From: an uncultured Ruficoccus sp.
Lineage (GTDB): Bacteria > Verrucomicrobiota > Verrucomicrobiia > Opitutales > Cerasicoccaceae
Direction: 5' to 3'
NCBI GenBank assembly: GCA_965140785.1
Contig: OZ223519.1
Location: 256,001-320,000, forward strand
Length of the DNA stretch: 64,000 nt
A program made the position numbers and the translations under genes. Positions 1 through 9,215 of the stretch are shown piece by piece (position 1 is the stretch's first letter; every line of letters begins with the position of its first letter). The notes under the pieces were generated by a model. The model searched no databases and had not been told where the DNA came from. It worked only from the letters and a program-made list of their open reading frames with translations.

Positions 1-225
1 GCACTCGAACTGCACCGCTTGGCCGCTGAGGAGAGCATTAACATCGCGCCCGGCCAGATATTCTGCCCGCACACGGACATCACCAATCGCATCCGCCTCA
101 GCTGCGGTTATCCCTGCGACGAGCGTATCCGGAAATCAATACGCACGCTGGCCCGGCTTGTGCGCCAGCTTGAGTCCGGCAGCGTCAAGCCTTGTACACT
201 AAAAAGGAAAACCCCTTCTGCCTGA
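1..225 (+). CDS. C-terminal part of a PLP-dependent aminotransferase / MocR-family protein (5' truncated by the window)
   Basis: Frame open from base 1 (ALELHRLAAEESINIAPGQIFC...NRIRLSCG). The pattern I-A-P-G-x-x-F...IRLS is typical of the class I aminotransferase/MocR C-terminus. Confidence 0.7.
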   Translation, partial: ALELHRLAAEESINIAPGQIFCPHTDITNRIRLSCGYPCDERIRKSIRTLARLVRQLESGSVKPCTLKRKTPSA

Positions 226-242
226 GCGGAAGGGGGTTTTCC
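206..242. terminator. Bidirectional intrinsic terminator candidate
   Basis: Inverted repeat ggaaaaccccttc...gaagggggttttcc between convergent genes. Confidence 0.7.
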
Positions 243-275
243 AGTAATGCGTGTGTGAGTCTTGGTTAATTTGGG

Positions 276-821
276 TTAGTTTACTACGTGCTTGAGCAGG
301 GAGCCTCCCAGCCCAAGAAAACGGTCTCGCAGCCGGAGCCTAGCTCCGCGGGCTTTCAGGTATTCAACCACGTCGCGTTGGCCGAACATGGCGGCGAAGG
401 CGATAGGCGTCATCCCGCCGCCGTTGTCCGCCTCGGTGTCGGCGCCGTGCTCGACGAGGAGCTTGACCTGATCGAGGTATCCCTTGAAGCAGACGCCACC
501 CAGCGGGGTTTGTCCGCGATCGTTGCGCCGGTCCACCTCCGCGCCCAGCTCGAGCAGCATTCGGGTGGTCTCCGTATTGCCGTTATAGCTGGCGAGCATG
601 AGCAGGGACTGGCCCTTGTGGTCGCAGAGATTGACCGGCAGTCCCGCCTCGATCATGAGCCGCAGCATCTCGGTCTCGCCGTGGCGGGCGAAATCAAGCG
701 CCTGTCGCTGAAGTTCGGCGTAGCGGGCTTCTTCGGCTTCGGTCAGCACGGTTTCAGCGGCAATGTTGCTCTCAGGCTGCATCTGACGGGAGGAATTTTT
801 GTCTTCGTATTGGATTTCCAT
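276..821 (-). CDS. Ankyrin-repeat protein (catalase-associated, AnkB/Cj1386-like)
   Basis: Ankyrin repeats GQSLLMLASYNG, GQTPLGGVCFKG and GMTPIAFAAMFG; directly downstream of the catalase. Confidence 0.9.
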   Translation of the reverse strand: MEIQYEDKNSSRQMQPESNIAAETVLTEAEEARYAELQRQALDFARHGETEMLRLMIEAGLPVNLCDHKGQSLLMLASYNGNTETTRMLLELGAEVDRRNDRGQTPLGGVCFKGYLDQVKLLVEHGADTEADNGGGMTPIAFAAMFGQRDVVEYLKARGARLRLRDRFLGLGGSLLKHVVN

Positions 822-843
822 GACAACTGACAGCAGAGGTGGC

Positions 844-2292
844 TCAGTCCGGAACGGGCAGACCGACGGCTTTGGCTACGCCCTCGCCGTAGGCGGGATC
901 TACATGGGTGAAGAGCTCGATCTGGCGCAGCTTGATCTCGTCGGGAACGCCCTCCATGGCGGCGGCGATGTTGCCGAAGAGACGTTCGCGTTGTCCCTCG
1001 TCGAAGAGGTTAAAGAGGGCGCGGGGCTGCGAGAAGTCGTCGTTGCCTTCGCGGTGGTTGTAGCGGTCGGCGTCGCCGTCGATGCGCAGGGGCGGCTCGG
1101 CCACGGACGGGTCTTCCTGCGGTCCGTTCATGGAGTTGGGCTCGTAGTAGGCGTCCGGGTTCTCGTTAAAATTGTCGAAGAAACGCATGAGGCCGTCCTT
1201 GTGGTAGTGGTGGACGGGGCTCTTCGGGCGATTGACGGGCAGGGCCTCGTAGTGCGTGCCCAGGCGGTAGCGGTGCGCGTCGGCGTAGGAGAAGACGCGG
1301 GCCTGGAGCATCTTGTCCGGCGAGTAGCTGATGCCGGGCACGATGTTCGAGGGGGAGAAAGCCGCCAGCTCGATGTCGGTGAAGTAGTTCTGCGGGTTGC
1401 GGTTGAGCTCCAGCTCGCCGACTTCGATCAGCGGGTAGTCCCCGTGCGGCCAGACCTTGGTCAGGTCGAAGGGATTATAGGGCGTCTTTTCGGCGTCCTT
1501 CTCGGGCATGACCTGGATGAAGAGCTTCCATTTGGGGAACTTCTTGTTTTCGATCGCGCCGAACAGGGCCTCCTGGTAGCTCTCGCGCGTCTTGCCGATG
1601 AGCTCTTCGGACTGTTCGTTGGTGAAGTGCTTGTGCCCCTGCTGGGTCTTGAAATGGAATTTGATCCAGTAGCGCTCGCCCTTGTCGTTCCAGAAGCTGT
1701 AGGTGTGCGAGCCGTAGCCGTTCATGTGCATGGGCGAGATCGGGATGCCGCGGTCGCTCATAAGGATAGTGACCTGATGCAGGCTCTCGGGCGAGAGCGA
1801 CCAGAAGTCCCACATGGCGGTGGGGGAGCGCAGGTTCGTGCGCGGGTGGCGCTTCTGAGTGTGGATAAAGTCAGGGAACTTGTACGCGTCGCGCACGAAG
1901 AAGACCGGCGTGTTGTTACCTACGAGGTCCCAGTTGCCCTCATCGGTGTAGAACTTTAACGCGAAGCCGCGCACGTCGCGCTCGGCGTCGGCGGCCCCCA
2001 TTTCCCCGGCCACGGTGGAGAAGCGGGCCAGCATCTCGGTCTTTTTACCGACCTTGGAAAAGATGTTCGCGCGGGTGTACTGGGTGATGTCGTGAGTGAC
2101 GGTCAAGGTGCCGAAGGCCCCCCATCCCTTGGCGTGGACGACACGCTCGGGGATGCGCTCGCGGTTCTGGTGGGCGAGTTTTTCCAGCAGTTGGTAGTCC
2201 TGCATGAGCAGGGGGCCGCGTGCGCCCGCGGAGAGGGAGTTCTGGTTGTCGGCGATGGGATTGCCGGCGGTGGTAGTCAGTCGTTTGGCCAT
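844..2292 (-). CDS. katA: Monofunctional heme catalase (small subunit, clade 3-like)
   Basis: [13 protein letters not shown] active-site signature, RVFSYADAH proximal Tyr ligand, VGNNTPVFF; 482 aa. Confidence 0.97.
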   Translation of the reverse strand: MAKRLTTTAGNPIADNQNSLSAGARGPLLMQDYQLLEKLAHQNRERIPERVVHAKGWGAFGTLTVTHDITQYTRANIFSKVGKKTEMLARFSTVAGEMGAADAERDVRGFALKFYTDEGNWDLVGNNTPVFFVRDAYKFPDFIHTQKRHPRTNLRSPTAMWDFWSLSPESLHQVTILMSDRGIPISPMHMNGYGSHTYSFWNDKGERYWIKFHFKTQQGHKHFTNEQSEELIGKTRESYQEALFGAIENKKFPKWKLFIQVMPEKDAEKTPYNPFDLTKVWPHGDYPLIEVGELELNRNPQNYFTDIELAAFSPSNIVPGISYSPDKMLQARVFSYADAHRYRLGTHYEALPVNRPKSPVHHYHKDGLMRFFDNFNENPDAYYEPNSMNGPQEDPSVAEPPLRIDGDADRYNHREGNDDFSQPRALFNLFDEGQRERLFGNIAAAMEGVPDEIKLRQIELFTHVDPAYGEGVAKAVGLPVPD

Positions 2293-2374
2293 AGACGCTT
2301 AAGGGTTGAACATTCTTGTTCGTGAGCGGTGTTGGTTTCAGGTGTATCTTAGCGAAAAATCTTCCATTGGGGAA

Positions 2375-2411
2375 ATATATAGTTACTATACGCTCCATAG
2401 TTTAGGCCTAT
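2375..2411. promoter_or_regulatory. OxyR binding site
   Basis: ATAT-N7-CTAT-N7-ATAG-N7-CTAT matches 15/16 of the ATAG-N7-CTAT-N7-ATAG-N7-CTAT consensus; lies between divergent katA and oxyR. Confidence 0.85.
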
Positions 2412-2412
2412 C

Positions 2413-3306
2413 ATGGAAATGCATCAGCTACGTTACTTCGTGGAGCTGGCCCGGCAGGGGAATTTCTCGCGGGCGGCGTCGGCGTGCTACGTTTCCCAGC
2501 CCTCGCTGAGCCAGCAGATCATGAAACTGGAGGACGAGCTGGGGCAGCCGCTGCTCCACCGCACTCGCCGCGGGGCGCGACTGACGCACTTCGGCGAGGC
2601 CATGCTGCCGCGGGCGCGGCGCATCCTGCTGGAGGCCGAGTGCATCCGCGACGAGGCCCAGGCCCACAACGACGTAGCCTGCGGCAAGATCAACGTCGGG
2701 GCCATCCCGACGATTGCCCCGTTTCTGCTGCCGGCGCTGATGGGGCGCTGCCTGGCGAACTACCCGCGCATGCAGCTCTCGCTGGTCGAGGACACGACGA
2801 ACGACCTGGTGGCGGCCCTGCGCAACGGGCGGGTTGACTTCGCCCTGATGAGCCGACCCTATCCCTGGGAGAATGAGCTGGATTCGGTCACGCTCTGTGA
2901 GGACGAGTTGCTGGTCACCCTGGCCGAGAATCACCCCCTTAACAAGCGCCGCCGGATCAAGCTGGAGGAATTGGCCGAGTACCCGATGGTCGTGATGAAG
3001 GACATGCACTGCCTCGGGCGCCAAAGCATTTCCCTGTGCGAATCTTCGGGGCTGAGCCCGAAGGTCTCCATCGAGAGCTCGCAACTGGAAACAGTGGTGT
3101 CGCTGATCGAGGGCGGGTTGGGCTTTTCCTTTATCCCGAAAATGGCCGCCACGCAGATGACGCACCGCAGGGTCGGCTTTCACTCGGTCGCGCCCAAGCC
3201 TGTCAGCCGCGCCATCGTCCTGGCCTGGATGCGCGACACCAGCCTGACGCGTACCCAGAGTACCTTCCGTGACGAGGTGGAGGCATTCTGCCGGGAGCGG
3301 GGGTAG
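2413..3306 (+). CDS. oxyR: LysR-family hydrogen-peroxide sensor OxyR
   Basis: LysR HTH (FSRAASACYVSQPSLSQQI), IPTIAPFLLP, redox pair HCLGRQSISLC (C199/C208 equivalents); divergent from the catalase. Confidence 0.88.
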   Translation: MEMHQLRYFVELARQGNFSRAASACYVSQPSLSQQIMKLEDELGQPLLHRTRRGARLTHFGEAMLPRARRILLEAECIRDEAQAHNDVACGKINVGAIPTIAPFLLPALMGRCLANYPRMQLSLVEDTTNDLVAALRNGRVDFALMSRPYPWENELDSVTLCEDELLVTLAENHPLNKRRRIKLEELAEYPMVVMKDMHCLGRQSISLCESSGLSPKVSIESSQLETVVSLIEGGLGFSFIPKMAATQMTHRRVGFHSVAPKPVSRAIVLAWMRDTSLTRTQSTFRDEVEAFCRERG

Positions 3307-3407
3307 TTGGGGGAACGGCAGCTTCGCCATGCTTTTTGTGTGAGTGTCACGATTCGCGGGTTGCGTTGGCCGGGGCGGGTGGTTGAAGCTCGCGGGCGCT
3401 TTTTGTT

Positions 3408-4283
3408 ATGAAACCGACTCTCCTTGTTCTCGCCGCTGGTATGGGTAGCCGCTATGGTGGCCTCAAGCAACTCGACCCCATGGGCCCGCAGGGGGAGACG
3501 CTGCTGGACTATTCGCTGCGCGATGCGCGGGCGGCGGGCTTCGAAAAGGTGGTCTTCGTCATCCGGCGCGAGTTCGCCGACGCCTTTCGGGCGGGGGTGG
3601 GGGACAAGGTGGCCGATGTCATGGAGGTCACTTACGCTTTTCAGGAACTGGGCGACCTGCCGGAGGGTTTCTCCGTGCCGGAGGGGCGGGTGAAGCCGTG
3701 GGGGACCGCTCACGCCATCCGCGCGGCCCGCGAGGGGGTGAGTGATCCTTTTATCGCCATCAACGCCGACGACTATTACGGGGCCGATGCCTATGCGCGT
3801 ATTTTAAACCACCTGCGCGGGCTCGACCCTTCTGACGCCAGCGAGCTGTGCATGGTCGGCTATCCGCTCAAAAACACGCTCTCGCCCCACGGGAGTGTCA
3901 ACCGCGGCATCTGCCGCCTCGACGGCGACCGGCTGCAAAGCGTGGAGGAGCACACGGACATCCGCGAGGAGGCCGACGGGAAAATCCGCGGCGAGAATCT
4001 GGCCGGCGTGCGGGTGGAGATTCCCGCCGAGGCGCCGGTCTCGATGAACTTCTGGGGCTTCACCCCGGCGCTCTTCGGTGTGTTGGAGGAGCATTTTACG
4101 TCGTTTTTGAAAGAACACGGGACGGAGGACAAATCCGAGTGCTACATCCCGACCGTGGTGGACGAGCTGATCCGCGCCGGACGCGCCCGCTGCACGGTCC
4201 TGCCGACGAGCGGGGAGTGGTTCGGCGTGACCTACCCGGCGGACAAGGCCCGCGTGCAGGAGAGACTGCTTGCGTTGAAGTGA
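3408..4283 (+). CDS. Sugar-phosphate nucleotidyltransferase family protein
   Basis: LAAGMGSRYGGLKQ, KPWGTAHA and INADDYYG motifs. Confidence 0.85.
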   Translation: MKPTLLVLAAGMGSRYGGLKQLDPMGPQGETLLDYSLRDARAAGFEKVVFVIRREFADAFRAGVGDKVADVMEVTYAFQELGDLPEGFSVPEGRVKPWGTAHAIRAAREGVSDPFIAINADDYYGADAYARILNHLRGLDPSDASELCMVGYPLKNTLSPHGSVNRGICRLDGDRLQSVEEHTDIREEADGKIRGENLAGVRVEIPAEAPVSMNFWGFTPALFGVLEEHFTSFLKEHGTEDKSECYIPTVVDELIRAGRARCTVLPTSGEWFGVTYPADKARVQERLLALK

Positions 4284-4502
4284 GACGTCGCGTGTGGAGG
4301 CGGGGTTTTATCCGTCAGCCCGCGTGTCCGGGCTGGGGTGGAGAAGGGATGCTGTGTCTCCAGTCGGGTAACTTCCGTTTCCGGCAGTGCTAGCTGTGGG
4401 GGGAAAGCCTCAAAAATCCCTGTAACATCCGGTAAAAGGATAATTCGCGCTGGATATCAGGGATGAAGGCCGTTTGAGTGGGGCGATAACCCCTCTTGTT
4501 AT

Positions 4503-5600
4503 ATGGCAGAAAAAGCGGTTCTCGTTGATAAACTTCCTCCTGTAAGATCGAAAGCGGATGCCCCCGCGCCGGTAGAGGCGCAACAGGGTGAGTATAAAAC
4601 GTTACTCTCCGGTGACACGGCCCAGCCGGTCACGACCCACACGGAGGAGCCCGCGCCCGCCGAGGTGACGATCACGGCTTTTGACAAGCTGACGTATCAG
4701 TCCTTTCTGCTGGACCTGATCGTCTTCGGACTGATGGGGACGTTTTTCCTGGCCCAGGCCTTTCGCCGTCGCGCGCAGGTGCACTTCGGAGGGATGGTTG
4801 GCTTCGGGGTCTTCCTCTACGTGCTGGCGGCGAGCTTCTTCATCGCCAAGTCCGGGTACGCGGAGTTTCTCCGGGGCGAGTCTGAGTCCTATAATCTGCT
4901 CGTGCGGGGTGTGTGCTGGACGATTCTGGCGCCGTTTCTTTTCGTCATGCTCTCTCGGCTCATCCACGTGGCGAAAAAGGACCTGCCGGTGTACATCGTC
5001 ATGTTCGGTATGGCGGCGGGGCTGTTCTTTTTTATCGCGCTGTCGAACTTCGGGAGTATGCCGCAGGGCTTCCAGTTGGTGTTCGCACTTGGCTCCTTCA
5101 CCTGCTCGGCCAGCCTGATCGTGATGCTGTTCTTTACCTTGGGCTCCCTGCCCGAGGAGGACGTGCCGGAGAATCTGCGCCGCGGTGTGACCATCATCGT
5201 GTTGGTGATCGCCTGCGGCTGGTTTCTGTATCCGTTTCTCAACCTGCTCTCGCGCTTCCTGCCGAGCAGCTCGCTCTATCCATTCCTGCTTAACCTGGTG
5301 GACCTGGTAACGGTGGGGCTGATCGCGTACGGATTCTATCAGGGAGCCGGTCACCAGGCGGCCCGAATCGTGATGAAGCCCGCCTTCCGCAAGGCCCGGA
5401 TCGCCCCTTCCACCATGGAGGTGCAGGAGATTATCGAGGACGAGGAACCCGTGGCGAACGAGGACGCCGCCTACGTCAACGAGCCGAAGGAGGAGATTGC
5501 CGAGATGAAGGCCGACGGGGAATCCGAGAATCAAGCCGCCCGTCCCAAGCCGAAATTCCGCCGCCCGGCCAAGCGTATGCAAGACCCCGGCGACTCCTGA
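4503..5600 (+). CDS. Microbial-rhodopsin-like 7TM protein lacking the Schiff-base lysine
   Basis: About seven hydrophobic segments. Helix C-like RGVCWTILAP (cf. RYxDWxxTxP), helix F-like GWFLYP, helix G-like NLVDLVTV (cf. NLADxxxK, with V at the K position). Confidence 0.65.
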   Translation: MAEKAVLVDKLPPVRSKADAPAPVEAQQGEYKTLLSGDTAQPVTTHTEEPAPAEVTITAFDKLTYQSFLLDLIVFGLMGTFFLAQAFRRRAQVHFGGMVGFGVFLYVLAASFFIAKSGYAEFLRGESESYNLLVRGVCWTILAPFLFVMLSRLIHVAKKDLPVYIVMFGMAAGLFFFIALSNFGSMPQGFQLVFALGSFTCSASLIVMLFFTLGSLPEEDVPENLRRGVTIIVLVIACGWFLYPFLNLLSRFLPSSSLYPFLLNLVDLVTVGLIAYGFYQGAGHQAARIVMKPAFRKARIAPSTMEVQEIIEDEEPVANEDAAYVNEPKEEIAEMKADGESENQAARPKPKFRRPAKRMQDPGDS

Positions 5601-5693
5601 CGCCCGGCCCGCGAACCGGACTGCCGGGTTGCAATCTCTCTCACCTTGTCTAAAGGAGTAGGGTTTATTCTCACCCAACTTCTCTCAATCCCT

Positions 5694-6608
5694 GTGTCTT
5701 CCAAATCGTCCTCTCCTCAACCCTCCCTTATCATTTTTGGCTGTGGCTATGTCGGCAGCGAAGTCGCTCGGCAGGCCCTGCAAAAGGGCTGGCAGGTCCG
5801 CGCCCTGACCCGTAACGCGGAGAAGGCCGAGGCCCTGCGCGAACTGGGGTTGACCCAGGTCGAAGTGGCCGATCTCGACAGCCGCGAGTGGCACGACAAG
5901 TTCGAGCCCGAGCAGGACTTTGTCCTGAACTGCGTGAGCTCCGCCGGGGGCGGGCTCGACGGCTATCGCAAGTCCTACATCGAGGGGCAGCGCTCGATCC
6001 TGGAGTGGGCAGCCGGCTGGCATATCGGCACCTACGTCTATACCGGTGCGACCAGTGTGTACCCGCAGGCCGACGGCGAGTGGGTGGACGAAACCGCCTC
6101 CAGTGAAAACGCCTCTGATCACGGCAGCCTGCTGCTGGAGTCCGAAGAGCTGCTCAAGGGCGCGCGGGGGCTGAGCCGGTGGTTTGTGCTGCGTCTGGCC
6201 GGGATTTACGGGCCAGGTCGGCACTACTTTGTGGACATGCTGCGGGCGGGCAAAACAGAGTTCCCGGGCTCGGGCGAAACCTGGCTCAACCTCATCCACC
6301 GCGACGACATTGCGCGGGCGGTTTTCGCCGCCTTCGAGGCACCGGCCGAGATCGCCAACCGCATTTACAATGTGGCCGATGGCCACCCGGCCCCGCGTGG
6401 CGAGATCATCGGCTGGCTGGCGCAGCAGTGCGGGCAGCCCGCCCCGACCTTCGAGCCCGCGCAGTCGCGCGCACGTGACAGCGGGCGGCGCTCGGCGGGC
6501 GGGCAACTGCCAAACCGCCGCATCGACGCCGGACTGATTCGGAAGGAGCTTGGGTGGGAGCCGGCTTATGTTACATTTCGTGACGGCTTCACCGAAGTGT
6601 TACAGTAA
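5694..6608 (+). CDS. NAD-dependent epimerase/dehydratase (atypical SDR)
   Basis: IFGCGYVG Rossmann motif, LRLAGIYGPGR, NLIHRDD. Start uncertain (GTG 5694 or TTG 5646). Confidence 0.85.
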   Translation: MSSKSSSPQPSLIIFGCGYVGSEVARQALQKGWQVRALTRNAEKAEALRELGLTQVEVADLDSREWHDKFEPEQDFVLNCVSSAGGGLDGYRKSYIEGQRSILEWAAGWHIGTYVYTGATSVYPQADGEWVDETASSENASDHGSLLLESEELLKGARGLSRWFVLRLAGIYGPGRHYFVDMLRAGKTEFPGSGETWLNLIHRDDIARAVFAAFEAPAEIANRIYNVADGHPAPRGEIIGWLAQQCGQPAPTFEPAQSRARDSGRRSAGGQLPNRRIDAGLIRKELGWEPAYVTFRDGFTEVLQ

Positions 6609-6650
6609 AGGCTTTGCCAGCCGGGGGGCGGTTGTGGCTTTTCTGAAAGC

Positions 6651-8045
6651 ATGCCGCCTCTCGCTCGATTCGGACTCTGGTGTGTCCTGTCGGCTTTGCT
6701 GACCGCGCTGCCCGTATTCGCGGCAGACGAGGAGCTGATTCGGCTGCTGGAGGAGAAGGGCTACCTCAGCCAGAAAGAGGCGGACGAGATCCTGCAAAAC
6801 CAGGGCGAGTTCACCTTCAAGCCCAACACGCCGCGGACGGAGGAGCTGAGTGTGGGCGTCATGTTGCAGTTCCAATACAACTACATGGAGGTGCATAATG
6901 ACGGAGGCGCTAATCCGGCCACGCGGAATAACTTCCAGCTCCGCCGGGCCTATCTGATTTTACAAGGTGAGATCGGCGACGGCTTCGGCGCGGTGTTCGT
7001 GCCGAACTTCGGGGACGGTAAGGTGCGGCTGGACCACGCCTATCTTTACAAGACGGTGGAGAACCCGGATATCAATCTGTATGCCGGGCTGCGCAAGGTG
7101 AGATTCGATCGGGAGTCGTACGGCTCCACGGAAAAGCTGCGTACGGTCGAGCGCTCCATCGTGACCGAGTACTGGGGCAACGATACCGGCACCGAGAACG
7201 AAATCCCCGAGGGCACGGAGGCCGACGGCGACTTGGGCTTCGCCGCCCAGCACATGGGCCTCTTTGGGGACTGGGAAATCGACGACAACTACGGGCTGGA
7301 GGTTGCGCTGGTCAACGGCTACGCCTCCTACCTGCCGGGTAATAATTTTCAGAACAAGCTCGGCGCCTATGTGCAGTTGCGCACGGCCTGGGACCTGGCC
7401 GCCTCCAAAGACGAAAAGATGACCCTCGAGGCCGGGATCAACACCGGCTTTCAGCCCTCGGGCAATTCCTTCTGGCAGCCGACCGTCGATGGCACGAGTG
7501 CGACTATGCGGATCGGCAACTCCGACTCCGACGCCTCCTCCATCGGCGTGAACCCCTACGTGGCTTTCCAGTGGGAGGATTTCATGCTTTCGGGCGAGTT
7601 TCTCATGAACTGGATCGAGCACGGCAAGCTCTACACCAACAGCCAGCTCGTCGCCAGTGTGGGTGGCAGCTCACCGGCCTCCGGGCAGGCGATGCCCTGG
7701 GGGGTAATCGTCACACCCTCGTACCGTTTTTATGAAGACTACGAGGTGGTCTTTCAGTATGCGTTTTTGAACACGGACGGCCGTGGGGCCCAGGTGGACC
7801 GGACCATCCCCAACGCGCCCGATGCGGGGCGGCTGTTTTTCAACGAGGCGCAGTCCTACTACCTCGGGTTCAACTGGTACATCTTCGGCGACGACCTCAA
7901 GCTCCAGTTCGGCTACAATTTTATCCAGTACTCCGGCCAGTACACCCTGCCAAGCGGGGGCGTGGTGACGGCGAACGACGGGAGCTTCAACGGCCCCGGC
8001 TACGACGTGCATGTCTTCCGCACCCAGCTCCAGGTGGTCTTTTAG
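6651..8045 (+). CDS. Outer-membrane porin (OprO/OprP-like superfamily)
   Basis: Signal peptide, LIRLLEEKGYLS N-terminal helix, FQLRRAYL motif, amphipathic beta strands, C-terminal Phe (QLQVVF). Confidence 0.75.
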   Translation: MPPLARFGLWCVLSALLTALPVFAADEELIRLLEEKGYLSQKEADEILQNQGEFTFKPNTPRTEELSVGVMLQFQYNYMEVHNDGGANPATRNNFQLRRAYLILQGEIGDGFGAVFVPNFGDGKVRLDHAYLYKTVENPDINLYAGLRKVRFDRESYGSTEKLRTVERSIVTEYWGNDTGTENEIPEGTEADGDLGFAAQHMGLFGDWEIDDNYGLEVALVNGYASYLPGNNFQNKLGAYVQLRTAWDLAASKDEKMTLEAGINTGFQPSGNSFWQPTVDGTSATMRIGNSDSDASSIGVNPYVAFQWEDFMLSGEFLMNWIEHGKLYTNSQLVASVGGSSPASGQAMPWGVIVTPSYRFYEDYEVVFQYAFLNTDGRGAQVDRTIPNAPDAGRLFFNEAQSYYLGFNWYIFGDDLKLQFGYNFIQYSGQYTLPSGGVVTANDGSFNGPGYDVHVFRTQLQVVF

Positions 8046-8051
8046 CGGGGT

Positions 8052-8146
8052 TAGAGCAGTTCCAATAAAATCGTAGCCCCTGTCGAAATGCATAATGGCT
8101 AATTGTTGTTTTCTACTCTGAGCTACAGTTTTTTTGAATCGCACTA
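8052..8146. repeat. MITE-like palindromic element with imperfect ~25-bp terminal inverted repeats
   Basis: Left end TAGAGCAGTTCCAATAAAATCGTAGC versus reverse complement of the right end TAGTGCGATTCAAAAAAACTGTAGC; TA at both ends; AT-rich. Confidence 0.5.
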
Positions 8147-8201
8147 AGCCGCGTGTGGTAAGTTTTCGGCATAATTGGGGGGGCAGTTTTGATACTTTGG
8201 T

Positions 8202-8248
8202 TCTGCGATTGGCGAGGGCAGCGATAAGCTGCCCTCGCCAATCGCAGA
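8202..8248. repeat. Perfect 21-bp inverted repeat (5-nt loop)
   Basis: tctgcgattggcgagggcagc-gataa-gctgccctcgccaatcgcaga. Confidence 0.9.
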
Positions 8249-8346
8249 GACGATGCTGTAAGCATCGGAAGTGCAGGCTATGCCTGCCGCGGGCGCGGGC
8301 TGCGTAAGCCCGCAATCAATAGGCCGTGAACTTCAAACTCACCACA

Positions 8347-9189
8347 CTAGATGCGCGTGTCGATGCTTTCCTCGCCGCCCCACATGAGCTTGCTGCGCAG
8401 GATGCGGAAGTGCGAGTAGTTGGGGGGCTGGAGCAGGGGCACGGTCATGTCGGCCTTATGCACATGCAGCGGGAGCTTGCGGTTTTGAAAGGCGAGGTTG
8501 CCGTCCACCGAGATGATCGGGGGCTTGCGGTCGGGGGAGCTGGTGATGCTTAGCCGCGAGCCGGGAGGAAAGATCATGCTGCGGTTGGTCAGGGTGTGCG
8601 CGCAGATCGGCGTCATCCCGATGACGTTGGAGTGCGGGTGGATGATCGGGCCCCCGGCGGAAAGGTTGTAGGCGGTGGAGCCGGTCGAGGTACAGAAGAT
8701 CAGCCCGTCGGCCCAGTAGTCGGTCACCAGTTCGTCGTCGCAGGTCACACGCAGGCCGATCAACCCCTGGGTGTCGGGGCTTTTCAGGACCACGTCGTTG
8801 AAGGCATAGGCCTCCTCGCCTTCGGCGCAGATGCACCGCAGGATGGAGCGCTCCTCGACCAGGTACTCGCCGCCGAGGATCTGCTTGAACTGCCACTGCG
8901 CCTCCTCGACCGAGAAGGTGGCCAGAAAGCCTAGCTTGCCCTGGTTGATGCCGAAGACCGGGACACGGTGGGTCATCGACTCGGGCACGGCGGAGAGCAG
9001 GGTGCCATCGCCGCCGAGCACGCAGCAGGCGTCCATGCCTTTTAAAAAATCCTTCTCCAGTGGGTGACTGGTGGTGAGACGGCTCTCAACGCCCGCCTCA
9101 TCACAGAGCCGGGTCAGCATCTTGCCCAGTTCCTGTGCGCCGGTCTTCTGTGCGTTGAGGACGAGGGCGATTTTCGAAATGGGCTTCAT
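8347..9189 (-). CDS. nadK: NAD kinase
   Basis: GGDGT, GKLGFL, ND and ADGLIFCTSTGSTAYNLSAGGP motifs. Confidence 0.95.
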   Translation of the reverse strand: MKPISKIALVLNAQKTGAQELGKMLTRLCDEAGVESRLTTSHPLEKDFLKGMDACCVLGGDGTLLSAVPESMTHRVPVFGINQGKLGFLATFSVEEAQWQFKQILGGEYLVEERSILRCICAEGEEAYAFNDVVLKSPDTQGLIGLRVTCDDELVTDYWADGLIFCTSTGSTAYNLSAGGPIIHPHSNVIGMTPICAHTLTNRSMIFPPGSRLSITSSPDRKPPIISVDGNLAFQNRKLPLHVHKADMTVPLLQPPNYSHFRILRSKLMWGGEESIDTRI

Positions 9190-9215
9190 CGGGCAGAGCA
9201 GGTGAAGGGCACAGG

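Noticed and set aside
7671..8315. 214-aa minus-strand ORF over the porin end and spacer
   Set aside because: Overlaps the porin antisense and the palindromes; no protein-like features.
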